Shown here piece after piece: positions 12,690-26,760 of a stretch of 64,000 nucleotides of DNA. A program made the position numbers and the translations under genes. The notes under the pieces are model-generated. The model was not told the origin of the DNA. It searched no databases and saw only the letters and a program-made list of their open reading frames with translations. How positions within the stretch are numbered: position 1 is the first letter of the stretch; every line of letters begins with the position of its first letter. This stretch comes from Sphyrna mokarran (Eukaryota). The stretch lies in contig JAGIQG010000022.1 in NCBI GenBank assembly GCA_024679065.1, positions 26,412,001-26,476,000 on the forward strand. Reading direction: 5' to 3'.

Positions 12690-14225
12690 TCAGAATATAA
12701 GATTTAGGCAACATTCTGAAAATCAAGAGGTAAACTAAAGAAAAAGCAGTGGGGAGACTATTAATCCTAATGGTTGACAACCCCAGGGACCATATAGCTG
12801 ACCCCCTAAGTCTTAAAAGACATGTCTGCAAAGGTAGTAGATGCATTAGTTTTAATCTTCCAAAGTTCCTTGGATCCCAGTGGATTGGGAAATAGCAAGT
12901 GCAATAACCTTATTCAAAAAAAGGAGGGAAATGGGAAACACATAACTATAGATAGGCCAGTTAGCCTAGCATCTGTCATAGGGAAATTGTGAGAATCCAT
13001 TATTAAGGTGGTTATGGCAGAATACAAGAAAATCTTAATGTAATCAAACAGATTTAACATGGATTTGTGAAAGGGAAATAGTGTTTAAGTAATGGGCAAG
13101 GTAGGTAAAGAGGAGCTTGTAGATGTAATATACCTGAATTTCCAAAATGCATTTGATAAGCTGCCACATCAAAGGTTACTACACAAGACAAGATTGCATG
13201 AAACAGAGGCAACATATTAGCATGGACTAAGGATTAGTTAACTAACAGGAAGCGGAGTGTAGGAGTCAGTGGGCCTTTTTTGGGTTGGCAAGCTGTAACT
13301 AGCAGAGTGTCACAGGGATCAGTGCTGGTGCCTCCAGTATTTTACAATCTACAATGATAACTTGGATGAAGGAACCAAATGTACAGTAGCTAAATTTGCT
13401 GATGACTTCAAGTTAGCTTAGAAAGTAAGTTACCAAGGGGAGGTGGAGAGTTTGCAAAAAAATATAGACAAGTTTAAGTGATAGGTAAAAATTTGGCAGG
13501 AGTATAATGTAGGAAAATGTGAACTTGTCCACTTTGACAGGAAGAATGGAACAGCAGTGTACAATTTAATGGCAAGAGATTGTAGAACTTGGTGGTACAT
13601 GAAACACAAAAGATTAGCACACAAACACAGCAAGCTTTAGGAAGGCAAATGGAATGTTGGCATTTATTGCAATAGGAATGAAATATAAAAGCCAGGATGT
13701 TTTGCTGTACAGAATCTTGGTGTGATCATATCTGGAGAATTGTGTAGTTTTGATCTCCTCGTTTAAAGGAAGATACATTAAGCAGCTCAGAAGAAGGTTC
13801 GCTTGAGTCATTCTTAGATTGGGGAGTTTTGTCTTATGAAGAAAGTTTGAACAGGTTAAGTTTGTACCCATTGGAGTTTAGAGGAGTGAAGTGATCTTAT
13901 TGAAACATATATGATCCTAAGGGGATTTGATCGGGTTGATACTGGAAGAGTGTGGGGAGTCAAGAACCAGGGACACAGTTTAAGAAAAGAAGATCTACCA
14001 TTTAATACAATGATGAGAAATTTATTTTCTGAAATGGTCCTTATTATGTGGTATTTTCCTCCCTCCTGAGAATGGAGGTCATTGAATTTATTCAGTAAAG
14101 AATTAGACAGATTTTTGATAGACAGGAGAGGTGAGGTGGCAAAGTTGAGATGATGACTAGATTAGCCATAGTCTTATTGAACGAGAGTGGGCTGAATGGC
14201 CTACTTCTGTTTTTAAGTCCTTTGT
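12690..14225 (+). mobile_element. Old CR1 LINE RT region, heavily disrupted
   Basis: Remnants YRPVSL (ataggccagttagccta), HGFVKGK, AFDKLPH, QGSVL, KFADD (aaatttgctgatgac); tail gggctgaatggcctact. Confidence 0.88.
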
Positions 14226-14432
14226 TCCCAAAAGAAGTGGCTTCTTCAATGCAGCTTGGAGCCATTGCAGACCCGTGGAAGATTTAGATTGTGTACTAGA
14301 ATGGTAGCAGCATGACACACCTCTAGATATTCCCAAGAGGTGTACAATTGCGTTGATGGTGTTGTGGTAGAATGTCTGCTGAAGTAACACTGAATAATTA
14401 GACAGAGAAAAAAAGAACAGAAGAAGGATGAG

Positions 14433-14480
14433 GTCTTGCTCTACTTCCGTCTTGCTCTACTTCCGTCTTGCTCTACTTCC
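14433..14480. repeat. Perfect tandem repeat, 3 x 16 bp (gtcttgctctacttcc)
   Basis: Read directly from the sequence. Confidence 0.95.
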
Positions 14481-14589
14481 TTTGTTATCTGCCACCATTT
14501 CTCAGGTGGCATACTTAAATTTTCTGAAGAGTTTATAGTTTCAGAATTGTGCAAAGTTTCCTCTCTCTTCCCTTTAAGCAGTTAACTAT

Positions 14590-14835
14590 TCTTGCAATGC
14601 CTATCAGGGTACGTTCCCTCATTGAAGTGCATGGGTTAGATTTTATAACTTACTGATCTGACACTAGGAATGATAACTGTGGATGTTTGATATCCTAGAT
14701 ATAGATTGATAGATTTTTGAATAGTAAGGGAATCAGAGATGTTGGTTGGAAAGGTGGAGTTGAGGGAAAAGATTAGCCATGATTTTTTTGATTGGTAGAA
14801 CAAGCTTGGTGGACTCAATAACCAACTCCTCTTAT
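14590..14835 (+). mobile_element. Degraded CR1 3' end
   Basis: gattgatagatttttgaatagtaaggga...gattagccatgat 3'UTR motifs. Confidence 0.6.
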
Positions 14836-17800
14836 TCCGACAGCTCTTATTAGGTTGCAGCACTACCTTTTGTTCGACTGTCTACATTATGCTCTTTTGT
14901 CATTTGTTTAGTCTTGTAAAGTACCACCAGTCTACTGCATAATGGACATCATCTTATTCAGTGCTCAGTTTAGAATAAACCTATTCACTGCAGCCTTTTT
15001 CTTTAAATCATTCATTTCTACAGTATGAGATCATCAGGCCAATCTCACCACAAACTATCATTTCAAATTCAGAAGTGACAGCAGCTTCAATAAAACTCAT
15101 ACATTTTTTATCTTAGCAAAGAGTAGAATTGATTTTTAAATTGAATTTCCGATGGTAAAAATCAGTCAGGTTCTCACTGCAGTGTTTGGGTCCTGGTTAT
15201 TTAAAATATATGTTTTTTTGCCCACTGAGGTAAAAGAAAATACCATTAGTTTAAGCTTTCCGGAGCACCTCCAAAATGTCGCAGCATATTAGCTTCATAA
15301 ATCCCAGCCACTTGAACATCAAAAACATCGGTATGGAGGAACTGCGTAACCTTTGCTGTACTCTGCTGTCAAGCATGTTCAACAGATTAAAGGGAAAGTC
15401 AAGACAGTCTAATAGATCACTTGGATCATAAAGGTTAAATCAGACATCTTCAGAAACTTGCTAGTAATTCCAAAGAGATACTCGCATTGTTCATATCAAC
15501 ACTTCACAAATCTTGAACAGTCACACTCATAGGTGTTACCTGAGCAGTATATAATTGAATCAAGTTCTGCTGCGGGGGAGATGTTTGGAAGCAACCAGAT
15601 TCTTTAAATGTGAGTCGACGTTTATTTGTTGTTAAAGCAATTTTGAAACTTTTTCCTGTGTGGCTTTTCACTTAAGTTGGTAACTTTGAATGGCAACTCA
15701 GCGAGCCACTCCTTAATGTATTGAAATCAAAGATAAGCAAGGGGACTGTTTGTTTCCTTTCTTGCCTTGTGGGCCAGTCAGTGTGAACCAGTCACAGAGT
15801 TTTAGAACCAATAAAATGGCAATTTAACTTGTATTGCTTACAACCTGAAATGACAGCCAGACTAATTTCAAGATGGCAAGATTGTTAATAATGGAACCTG
15901 TTCAGGATGGTAGCAAAATTGTATATTACAAGGAGCAGTAGAAAACAGATGCATCCTGCCGGAAAGCCATTCATTCATACATTTTAAGTAAAATAAGTAC
16001 AGTCAGTCTTGTCACTTCAGAGAGATTTTCAATCTAATCTCCATACATGGTGTCATATGAGATTAGAGAACCTAGCATACTGTGCGGACTGGTGGGAAGG
16101 GCGTGCCTGAGGGTACGATGTTAGGGCTATTTCATTGAGTCGTGCTAATTAATGAGTACATTTCCTCAAATTTATCTGTTGTTCATTTGTCTGATTTCAT
16201 TGAATTCATATTTCTTTTGTTAAGATGCCTTAGATAAAAGAGGATGGCATTGAGGAGGAAGTACAATGATTAGCTATTGTACATCAATTCATATACCACT
16301 CAGGACAATGTTTCTGACATTGCAAAATCCCAATTAGAACCTCCCTCTCTCAAATTATTTTAATATGTCTCTCATGATTGGTGTAGAATGTCAAAATAAG
16401 AAACATTAGTTTCCATATAGATTGAGCACCATTCTTCAAGAAATTTCTTGCATACTACAGACCCTTCTGATCATCCCTTCAGATCTTTTTAAATCATTGT
16501 TCTTTTCTGATTATGAAGTTTTAAAGTGAATTATTTTTAAGATGACTAAATATTGATGAGTTATGTCACAAACCCTACAATAAATAGAGTGGTGGTAATT
16601 GGTCACATATGATAATTCTAATGACATCAAGACAAAGAAACTATTCCCCAAAAACTCTACACTATGTGAGAGAATGACAATAACGTTATAAAATAGGTAA
16701 TTTTTTTTCTGGTGATGGTGTTTATTATCTGTTAATAAGAATTAACATTGTTAATCTGCAAAAGCGCAAACGCAGGATGCGGGTTAATATGTTATCCAGC
16801 AGGTAGGCACAAGTCAGTTCTCCATTTCATATCCCTGCATCATCTGAATTATGAAGGTTAATGGATTCATGGCTAATTGGCATATGCACTGACAATGGTG
16901 GTCATAACATCTGTACACCTCCTGTGCAAAATCTGTTGATACATCTGAAAAAGCACACAATGCAAAATGTGCTGAGGCATTTATTGTAGTCCATCATGTA
17001 AGAGTTAAAGCAAGTTGAATCATTGAAGTGTACTGCAGAATTCTGACCTATGAATGAAAAAAAAAACTTAGCAAAATTACATCTACAAATTAAGTATCAG
17101 TACTTACAATTATTAGTATAACAAATTCATGTAACATGACCATCTCAGAAATTCTAGTGACATTGAAAGTGTTCCATCATGGTCATTATTTCCAGGATCA
17201 GTTCAACGTTCTGGATTTGAAATACATTTAAATAGTACCACATTTTAAGTGTTTGTTACTTTAAAAATTGTGAACAACCTGCATGCACCACTGAATATAA
17301 TGCAATGCTTGGGAATCAAGCACAAATAGCATCACATAAAATAGAGAGTAGCATACAAAGTAACACCCAAGTATAACAAAAATGTGCAAGATATGTGTAA
17401 TGTAAAGGCAATAAAATGTTACTAATGGATGGCCTTGCAGGGTTTCTAATTGAGATTAAAAGCCCTTAGGGATCACTAAGGAATAAATTAATGAGTTATT
17501 AATTATTATGAATGTACTTAATGAAGTAAGGTGCAGAAGAACCACAACGTAAGCTTTTTAACTTGAACACAGGGGAACATTTTATTCTAGGTGTGCACTG
17601 TCCAACAGTCAGGACCTAGACAGATTAACCACTGAGAGGAGTAGCTCCATCTTGGGGGTCACATGGTCCACATCTTTAAAGGAGCAGTACACATCCCAAA
17701 CTCCCAAAATACATATATAATATTAATGTCATTTCTGTTTGAGAGATCCTTCTATGTGCAAATTAGTTGTAGCATTTGTCTACATTACAACAGAGACTCC

Positions 17801-17862
17801 AATAATAACTGTGAAGGGAAAGGCGCGATGGGGGCAGGGGAGGAGCAATTTGCAGTCACGAG

Positions 17863-18060
17863 AGTCTGAAATTTTCCAGCTTCCCAGTCATGTGTTTCCA
17901 GATGGTGGAAGATGGTGTGCTGTTAACTAGCAGCAATATTCACTAGTCCCATTGCTGGCAATGAGATTTCCCATTGATATCCTCCTGCTATGAAACCCAC
18001 GGTTGGGGGTGGCTTTGCTGGTGGTACTGGAAAATCCTGCTTGTGTGAATAGCCAGAAAT
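17863..18060. mobile_element. Short palindromic MITE-like repeat
   Basis: gtctgaaattttccagc start, central caatgagatttcccattg; related to 21045-21231, 39936-40065 and 56366-56481. Confidence 0.5.
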
Positions 18061-19702
18061 AAGCATTTCCCGCAGCAGTTGTTGAATTTGTTAACAGTTG
18101 GTCTGGCAGTCAGGTGAATAAGCAATGAGAGGTGGGGGGTGTCCTGTGGGATCAGACATTGGATGTGGCAGGGAAGAGGTGCTGATGAGTTCTGATCACA
18201 TGGAGGTCAGCTTGATGGATTGGGCAATAAAGAAGCACACTACTCCTCTTGGCCCACAATCAATGTTATAGGGATACTCACCAATGGTTTGAGCTCCTCA
18301 TGCTTCCCTTCTCCTGTGAAGTTTCTCGATACCTCGGTAACCCAACCTGCAGACGGTCAAACTAAAACTTAAAGGAAGCACAGTGCCTCCTAAGATGGTA
18401 CAAATGACAACCTGACAATGTGTTTGTTACTCTCAAATGGAAGTGGATGGCTTGGATTCAGGTTTGCAATTTTTCATTTTGAAAATTCCCAGCTCCCTTG
18501 TCCACTGTTGATAGATAAAACTCTTCTCTCTCATTGAAGTTATTTGTATGAGGAACTGAGATATTTCTAAGAGCTGTGATAAGATATAAACATACAAATC
18601 AATTCTCTTTGTTGCTGGGAGCCATTTTTGTTAATCTGTGGCTGAACACAATGCCACGAGCACCAAATGTTCAGAATTCTGTGTTGTTGATCTTTTCTTC
18701 TTTGTTGGTTTATTAATGCTGTGTCTTTTACTGTATCTTAACGAAGAAACTAATTCTGCAGTGGTGGTAATTTTTTCCTTCCGGCAGCTGACATTGTCTT
18801 TCAGAACCTAGGGCTGCGACTCACTTGTGTGTGTACATATTTGAATTGGCTCTTTGTGATTGTTATTTTCACAGTGTGAAAATTTCCGAAGGCCCTTGAC
18901 ATAAAAAAAATTGAACACCCATTCCACACTCCTTTTTAGTACAGGGCGGCTTGTGTTGATATTTGCTACAAAGTGCAGCAGGCACTGTTTTTCTGAGACG
19001 TTGCATATCCACTCGAGAGGCACGTACAAAATATAGTGCCTGCAATAGTGGTTCAGAGAGAAGCCCGCATTTAGACCTTCAGTCACTACATCAGTCAAGA
19101 TGCCATACTTTATTATTGGTCCTCTTGTAAATATTCACCCACATTAGGTAAACCAATAAACTTTAATACTGGAAGAGTTATGTCAACAATTGCTGAACTA
19201 TTCATGACTGGGGTGATGAAATCAGTTCTGATGCGATGTTTTGCCACATTATCATTGGAACAGAGCAAGATAGTGTTGGATGCTGGCATTGTAGCTACTG
19301 AGAAGAGGTTGCTGCCAACTTTGCAATATGGGAGGAAGCAATAGCAATATAGCATTAGATACGGATAAAAAAGATGTGCTTACAAGATTGGTGGTTTTCA
19401 AATTGGAAAAAAGAAACACTTGATGCTGATGGAATGCATATAAATTGTTAAGAGAAGTAATGGTAAAAACTGGGGAGTCTATGGCAGCAATCTTATACGC
19501 TGACACATTGGTTAGAGCTGCTGCCTCTCAGCGCCAGGGACCCAAGTTGAATTTTGTGCTTCAATTCAAGCAGTCTCCTACTCACACCGTGTCTTCTCCA
19601 TCACAGTTATTATTGGAGACTCTATTGTAATGTAGGCAAATGCAACAACTAACTTGCACGTGAATGATCCTACAAATAGAAATGAGATTAATCTTATATG
19701 TA

Positions 19703-20008
19703 TGTTGGGGGTTTAGAGTGCATACTGCCCCTGTTTAAGGGTGTGGGTTATGTGACTTCTGAGGTGGGACTATTCCCTCTTAGTGTGTAACCTGGTTAAG
19801 CAGTCTAGATCCTGACTGTGGGACAGTACACACCTAGATTAATGTGTTTCTCAGTGTTCAAGTTAAGAAGCCTACTTTGTGGTGGTTCTGCACTTTATCT
19901 TGCTAAATACACTCATAAATAATTAATAATTCATTAACTTATCCCTTAGCGATCCTTAACGGCTGTTGATCTGAATTAGAAATCCTGCAAGGCAATCCGT
20001 TAGCAACA
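19703..20008. mobile_element. Probable solo LTR
   Basis: Bounded by TGTTG...CAACA and abuts a DeuSINE fragment (19620-19700); no clear TSD. Confidence 0.5.
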
Positions 20009-20029
20009 TTTTATTGCCTTTCCATTATA

Positions 20030-20258
20030 CACTGTGGACTTTGCATGTTCTCCTTTGTGTCTACATGGATTTCCTCCGGGTGCTCTGGTTTTTTGCCTCA
20101 GTCCAAAGATGTATGGGTTAGGTTGATTGCCATGCTAAATGTGCAGAATTATGGGCATAGGGCAGGGGTTCGGGCTTGGTTAAGGTGAACTTTCAGAGAT
20201 GCAGTCCTGATGGGCCGAATGGTCTCCCTCTGCACTGCTGTGATGCTGATTCTATGAA
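20030..20258 (+). mobile_element. HE1 SINE body (a head fragment lies at 19503-19545)
   Basis: V-domain tttcctccgggtgctctgg; tail gggccgaatggtctcc...attctatga. Confidence 0.85.
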
Positions 20259-20264
20259 GACATT

Positions 20265-21480
20265 AAAAAAAATTTCACAAAATAATAGACTTACTAGTAA
20301 AATTAAAGCTCATGGGCTTCTAAGGGCAGTGATAGCATGAATACAAAACGAGATAAGGAACAGAAATTAGATGCTGTTTTTCCGCATGTTTTTCAGACTG
20401 AATGGAAATATACTGCTGTATTCCCCATTGTGGGAGTTGGAGCTGCTACTGTTTTGATATATATTAATAACTTGGACTTGGGAATAGAAATTTTCAGTTT
20501 GCAGATGATACCAAACTTAGAAATGTATTAAACAATGAGGAAGGATGTTAATGGACTTCAAGCTGACATAGGTATTCTGGCAAAAAGTGTTGATACACTG
20601 TAGATAAAATTTAACCCAGAGAAATGAGAAATGACACAGTTTGATAGGAAAAATAAGGAGAACCAATACAAACCAGATACAGTTTTGAAGGAGATGCAGG
20701 AATAGTGAGACCTGGCATATGAGCACACAAATCTTGAAACTGCCAAGAGCATTAAGAAGATTGGTCAGACAAAGCACCTGGGCTCCCTGACTTTATTAAT
20801 AAAGGGATGGAGCAGAAAATTATGCTAAATCTTTATAAAACACGAGTTACTCCTCAGCTGGAGCATTGTGCTCAAATCTGAGCACCACACTTTGGAAACA
20901 ATATCAAGTCCATTAAGAGATTGCAGAAGAGATTTACTGGAATAATACCAAGGATGAATGTACAATCACAGAGGCTGGGCTTATTCTGCTGAGAACAGAG
21001 AAGGTTGAGAGGGGATTTAATAGAAGCATTCAGAATTATGAGGAGTTTGGAATTTTCAGGATTTTCTGATCCCGCCGACAGTGCAACCTGCTGTGGGTTT
21101 CCGAATGCCATGAGGTTCAATCAATGGGAAATTCCATTGATAGTGGTGGGACCAAAATATTTCACTGCCAACGAAAAACATGCCGTTTCCCTCCTCAAGA
21201 AGCAAGCCCTGGAAAACCAGAAAATCCCAGCTTAAATAAAAATACGCTTTTTCTGGTGACTGAAGGATTGACCATCAGAGTTCGCAGATTTAAGGTCATT
21301 GACAAAAGAATGAGAGGGGACCTGATGAAATTTATTTTACATAGTAGCTTTCAAGGGAGAATTGGATAAGCAATTGAAGAGAAAAACCTTACAGGGTTAT
21401 GGGGAAAGGGCAAAGGACTGGAATTGATTGGATGGTTGTACCAAAGAGTTATCACAGGCATAATCTGTCTAGGTGGTATA
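20265..21480 (+). mobile_element. Old CR1 LINE RT region interrupted by a MITE
   Basis: YINNLD, FADD (tttgcagatgat), LQKRFT, RGDLIEAFRIM remnants. Confidence 0.8.
21045..21231. mobile_element. MITE-like element inserted in CR1
   Basis: Ends tttggaattttc / gaaaatcccagc; central tcaatgggaaattccattga palindrome; interrupts the CR1 reading. Confidence 0.6.
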
Positions 21481-21734
21481 TCATTGAATAAAAATAAGCT
21501 GTTCAAGAAGTTCTGAACTTGCACTTACATGACTGCCTTGAGAGTCATGGTTTTGTAGAATGGTGATTTTTGTCACTACTAATTTGATAAAATAAATAAG
21601 ATCAAAAACACTTTTTAAAATTGTAGAAAAATTGACTTTTAAGATTTGAACATTTTTCTGAGAAATCATTTTACTGTTCACCTGTGCTAGTTAATTACAA
21701 TTCACTTTTATATTGACTTCTTACATTTTCAAAT

Positions 21735-22200
21735 TATCCCAACCCCAAAGTACTTCACACAATGAATTAATTTTGCAGTACACTAAATCTTGCTTTGCCA
21801 AATACTGCAGCAGTTTCTATCATTTTATTCATTCATTCTGGGATGTGGGCGTCACTAGCAAGGCCAGCATTTATTACTCATTCCTAAATTCTGCAGCAGC
21901 AAATTCTGCAAACATTGCTGACATGAATGATGGGTTATTCTTTTTCATTTGGTGATATTGATTGAGGGCAGTGTAATGGCCACAGCACTAAGAAGAGATC
22001 TTGTTGCTCTTTCCTGAATGTGCCGTGAGATTTTTATGGCTTGGTCAGCCAACACCTTGGTTTAGTTCAAATAAATTAAGATACTTTCAATAATGTAGCG
22101 TTGCTTTGTTTACAATACTGGATTGGCAACCAGTTTATTTGCTTATGTCATGCTGTGACATAAGACGAGATCATTTTTGCCAATTCAGCCAAGTTGACAC
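21735..22200 (-). mobile_element. Degraded SacSINE1-like DeuSINE
   Basis: Colinear similarity with 4810-5085 and with the tail at 30090-30245. Confidence 0.55.
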
Positions 22201-22469
22201 TTAGACTCAGTGCCTTGAATGCTCACTAAGTTTAGCCATTGACTGGCACAACTATACACACAAAGTCTAGGATTCATCCTTGATCTTTGGCGAGTTACGT
22301 GATCTCTGGATCATTTCCCGTTCTATTTGAAAACCGGTCAGGACTCCAGTTCCTAATTGATTTCCAGTGCTCCATCATTGTGAGGAAATCAGTGGATGCT
22401 TGGGGGGTATTGATTGACCAGAAAGGGGCCAATGAAGTGCTGTATTTTTCAAAAGGTAACAAAAGTAGA

Positions 22470-23040
22470 CACAAGTAATTATAAACTTGTTAGTCTGATT
22501 TCTAATTCATGCAAAATAATGGACTATCAAGAATAACTTGAAATTTATTTACGTTATCCTTACAAGTAGAGGTTAACATTGGTTCAATAGGGAAAGTCCT
22601 GCCAAACCATACCTTCTTTGATATCTCATTTGAATATATTAGAGTCTTGGGCACAATTTACTTCAAAGCCCAAAAGACATGTAACAAAGTTTTGCATGAA
22701 AAATTACATTAGTACTGAATAAAGTTCTCCAGGGCTTAATAGTGGGACCACAACTATTTCTAATTTACATAATTGACCCTAATTCAAAAACTGAGTATCA
22801 ATTGACCAAGTAGTGGAATTGAATCCAAACTTGGAAGGCACAAAATTAGTTGGGCCAAATAAGCATGTTGATTGAATAATGAGGGATGAAATTTAATGTT
22901 GATAAATGCCCATCACTGAAGATGAGAAAAAAACTGGTGACAGACATATACAGTGAATGGTATTGAAATTGTAAAGGAGAAAACTGAAATAGGCTTAAAT
23001 ATTTTAGTGGACTTTATACTGAATATTTCCAAGCAAGACA
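22470..23040 (+). mobile_element. Very old CR1-like RT remnant
   Basis: Vestiges: ttataaacttgttagtctgatt (YxxVSL), ccagggcttaatagtgggacca (QGxxxGP), atgaaatttaatgttgataaatgc (MKFNVDKC). Confidence 0.5.
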
Positions 23041-24208
23041 TAATCAAAACATAAGTCCATGTGAGTTCTAATTAAATTATATGACACCAAATTGCATCTT
23101 AATTACTGTTTCAAGTTCCACTCAGAGTCGCAGGGTCTGTGGTTTGAGAAGTGGCGAATAGGGGGGGAGGGGCGCAATAATATTACTCCATAATAGATTG
23201 CACTGTATTGCTTCAGTACATGAAAGATGTCCTAGAACATGTCGAGATACATTGCAGTGCTTTTCAGTGTGATTAACAGTGGCTACGAAAGACCTCAAGA
23301 CACTTACATGGGCAACTTGGAAGCCAGGAAAGCAGACGTTGTGTATTGGCAATTACGCAATTTTAATTTAGGAATTCACTAATCTACATATGTTAGATGC
23401 TACGTACATTTTAAAGATGAAAGATAGTGCAGACACAGCATAATGAATTTTGAGAACCTGCCCTCATTGTATGTTGCGCAATAAATGTAATAGTAACCCT
23501 CTAACTTCAATAATTGGACTGGCATTTTGTGTTCTCAAGAAATAGTGGCTGATGTGGGGGAATGGAGTATTGTTCTTTTGTAATTTTTTTTAATATGTAA
23601 TTTCATTTTTTAGATTGGTAATTTTGATTGCTAATTATTTATGGTCTTGATTTTTAAAATCTTTTTTGTACTTCTTTGTTAACTGGATTATAATCTGCAT
23701 CTTTGTAGCAATAGAACATCAAAGGTATTTCCCTTGGTTACAAAAATGCTTTTGAATGCTTGATGTAACTATGAAAATTGAAAATAATGATTTGAAAAAA
23801 ATGATTATTTTCTGCAAACACTCACCCCAGGAATCTCTTTGTACTCTGTGCATTCTGTTTGAAATTACAAAGGAGGCTGTTTGAAAAACTGGAAAGGAAA
23901 AGCACAGGAAATGATTTGACTCCTCATCCACTGAATCCTCCAATTATAATCTTATTAATTATTGAAAGATTTTATCTATGTTCCTGATAAATGTTTCATT
24001 TTCCACTTGATGAAGAATGGATCCTGTGGCTTATCACCACTGGAGATATCATGACATTTTTGTGCACTTGATTGTCATTTGCTTTAAATATGTCCATGCA
24101 CAAATCTTTTTTCCTTCTGATAAATGTTAAAAAAACCTAAAATTCTTGTTTCCTGTCCTTAGTGTTGTGAGGCAGAGATAAAGATCCAAGCTGGACAATA
24201 GGAATAAT

Positions 24209-24774
24209 GTCTGGAATTTTACAAGGCTTTAGACTGTGTATTGCAGAGGGTTGGGTTGTGTGGTGCCTTGTCTGTATCCTACCCATCCCATTGCTTGCTG
24301 TTATTACATCAGTAACATGGGGGCTATGGATGGCCCTCCCTTTCAGGTATCTATTAAGGCCCTTAAGCGATGAATTAGGTGACCATTCAGTGAACCCTGG
24401 CAACCTCATTGTTGCTGGAGAGGGTTAAGGGATAACCTGTGCCCACGAGTAAGCCACTCCCACCCTGCTCTCTCAATCTATTTTGTCAGGGTCTGCCAGA
24501 CTGGCCATGGTGTACCTAGCACCATTTCTCCATTCTGGAGCATGCTCCATTGCCCATTGCCATTGCTTCTGGTTGTGCTATAAGGATTGAAGAGCTACCA
24601 GTGTCCCAGTAGGCCTTCCTGGACGACGTCTCTTAAAAAGATATGAGCTCCAATGCAGAGAAGTTAAATGCCTTAAAGTCGTAAAATCAAGTCAGGGTTC
24701 CCAGAACTGGTTGGGGTGGAGTTGACCCTGACTTTCTGATGGATGGACCACTGTCATCATGTAAAATCCCAGTC
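24209..24774. mobile_element. Non-autonomous TIR element
   Basis: TIRs gtctggaattttaca (24209-24223) and tgtaaaatcccagtc (24760-24774), 13/15 match; flanks aat/agt. Confidence 0.65.
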
Positions 24775-25809
24775 AGTGATTTCTAACCAGCTGGAGTTCA
24801 ATGAGCAGCCTAAACTTTTCACTTGAAGAGAATATTTTGACCATAAACTGCGGATAATAAAAAAATAGTTTTTTTTAATGGACTAGATCTGGCATGCTTT
24901 TTAAAATGAAACCCTTGATATAATAGTGCTGTTGGCAGTGCGAGTGTTTTAGCTGGAGAGGATAGTGATTATCAGTGGAATGATGAAGACATTTGATTGG
25001 ATGAATATTTTAGAGTTCTGTTGATGATTTTGATAATAAGCTACCTTTTTGTGCAAAACATTGCAAATGAAATTGAAGTACAATAATGAAGAAGGGTTCA
25101 TGTTTGGACCCTGACAATTCGTTAACTTGCTCTCATTTGGGGCACATCTTGGGCTGTGGCAATGATTTCTGTGTTGTCAAGATGGGAAAGAGAGGGAGAA
25201 AACACCAGCAAGTACCCTATTCTGTTTACAATCTGGTAACACTCTCCTGGAAAGAATAAATTATAGATACCCGTAGAATAAGTTCTTGTCAAGTGTGATG
25301 GCCTTTGTAATTGAATACTGAAGGTTAAAGCAGACTGTTGCAACAAATCTTTTCCATTTTAGTGTCCAGTAATTTTTCTGGCATGACCTTCATTGGAGGC
25401 ATCTATTCAAATAGGGTCAGACTTATTTCGATGAGCTAGTAATTACGTGGAAGCACCTTGTGTTCCATTTTCTGTTATTACACTTCCGTAGTGCCCCGTG
25501 TAAACAGTTTATTTATAAAAAAAAAATTAGAAAACAGGTTGCGCACATTGTAAATCAATTTGAAGGGAAGTAAGGTGCTCAAGGGCATGCAGATGCAACA
25601 GAATGAAATTGGTAAACGAGACAATGTTTTCCTCAGGTTTAGTGAATGACCAATTACTTGAAATAAGCAAATATGCTGGAAATACTCAACAACATGGAGA
25701 GACAGCAAAACAGAACTGACCTTTCAGGTTAATGACATTTAGGTCTGAACAGGGTAATTACTTGAAAGCTGCACACTACATGCAGCTACACACTACATGG
25801 CATCTATTC

Positions 25810-26433
25810 AGCAATGTGGAACATTGCCCAGGAATGTCCTGTACACAATACACAGGACAATCCAACCTGGCTAATTATCACCCCATCAGTCTACTCTAGT
25901 TATCAGGAAAGTGATGGAAGGGGTCATGAACAGTACTATCAAGGCACAAGTCAGGTGTGTGAAGAAATACTCTCCACTTGCCTGGGTAATTGCAGCTCCA
26001 ACAACACTTGAGAAGCTTGACAAGCATCCAGGACAAAGCAGCCCATTTAATTGGCAACCTTCCCACAAACATTCACGTCGTCCACCACTGACGCTCAATA
26101 ACAGCAGTTGTGTACCATCTACAAGAACTCAATAAGGCTCTTAAGATAGCACTTTCCAAACCCCACACCATTGCTAGAATGACATGGGCTGCAGATGCTT
26201 CGCAACAACACCACCTGGCAGCTCCCATCCAAACCATTCACCATTCTGACTTGGAAATGTATCACTGTTCCTTCCTTATTGCTGGATCAAAATCCTGAAA
26301 TTCCTTATACCACATAGACTGCAATAGTTCGAAGACAGCAGTTCACAACCACATTTTTAAAGGGACATCAGGGGTGGACAATGAATTTGGGTCCAGCCAG
26401 CAAAGTCCACATCCCGTGAATGAAGTTGAAAAA
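25810..26433 (+). mobile_element. Internally deleted LINE of a second CR1/Jockey-group family
   Basis: PISLLxxxxKVMEG followed by KAQVRCVKKYSPLAWVIAAPTTLEKLD; 3' tail ccacatcccgtgaatgaa-poly(A). Confidence 0.7.
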
Positions 26434-26760
26434 AGACATTGGGCAGAATCTTGAGCCCACTCTCACTATCTGTGAGATTGTTGATATGGGCTATAGATGT
26501 GGTGACTTTCCAGTGCAGTAGTAAGGAAAGGTCCTGACTGCTTTTGTGGCTGATATAAATTACACCCTGCGCTGTTTGCAAGAAGACCAAGGGATTTCTT
26601 CCAAGTGCAAAATCAAAGCAGTGCAGATGATAAAAATCTGAAGTAAAAGCAGAAACTGATACATTAATCTATCGAAAATCTGTCTGTCCACTAACTTCCT
26701 CACACAAGTTTAAAAACAATATTTTATATATACATTATAATGTCCAATCCATAGATAAAT

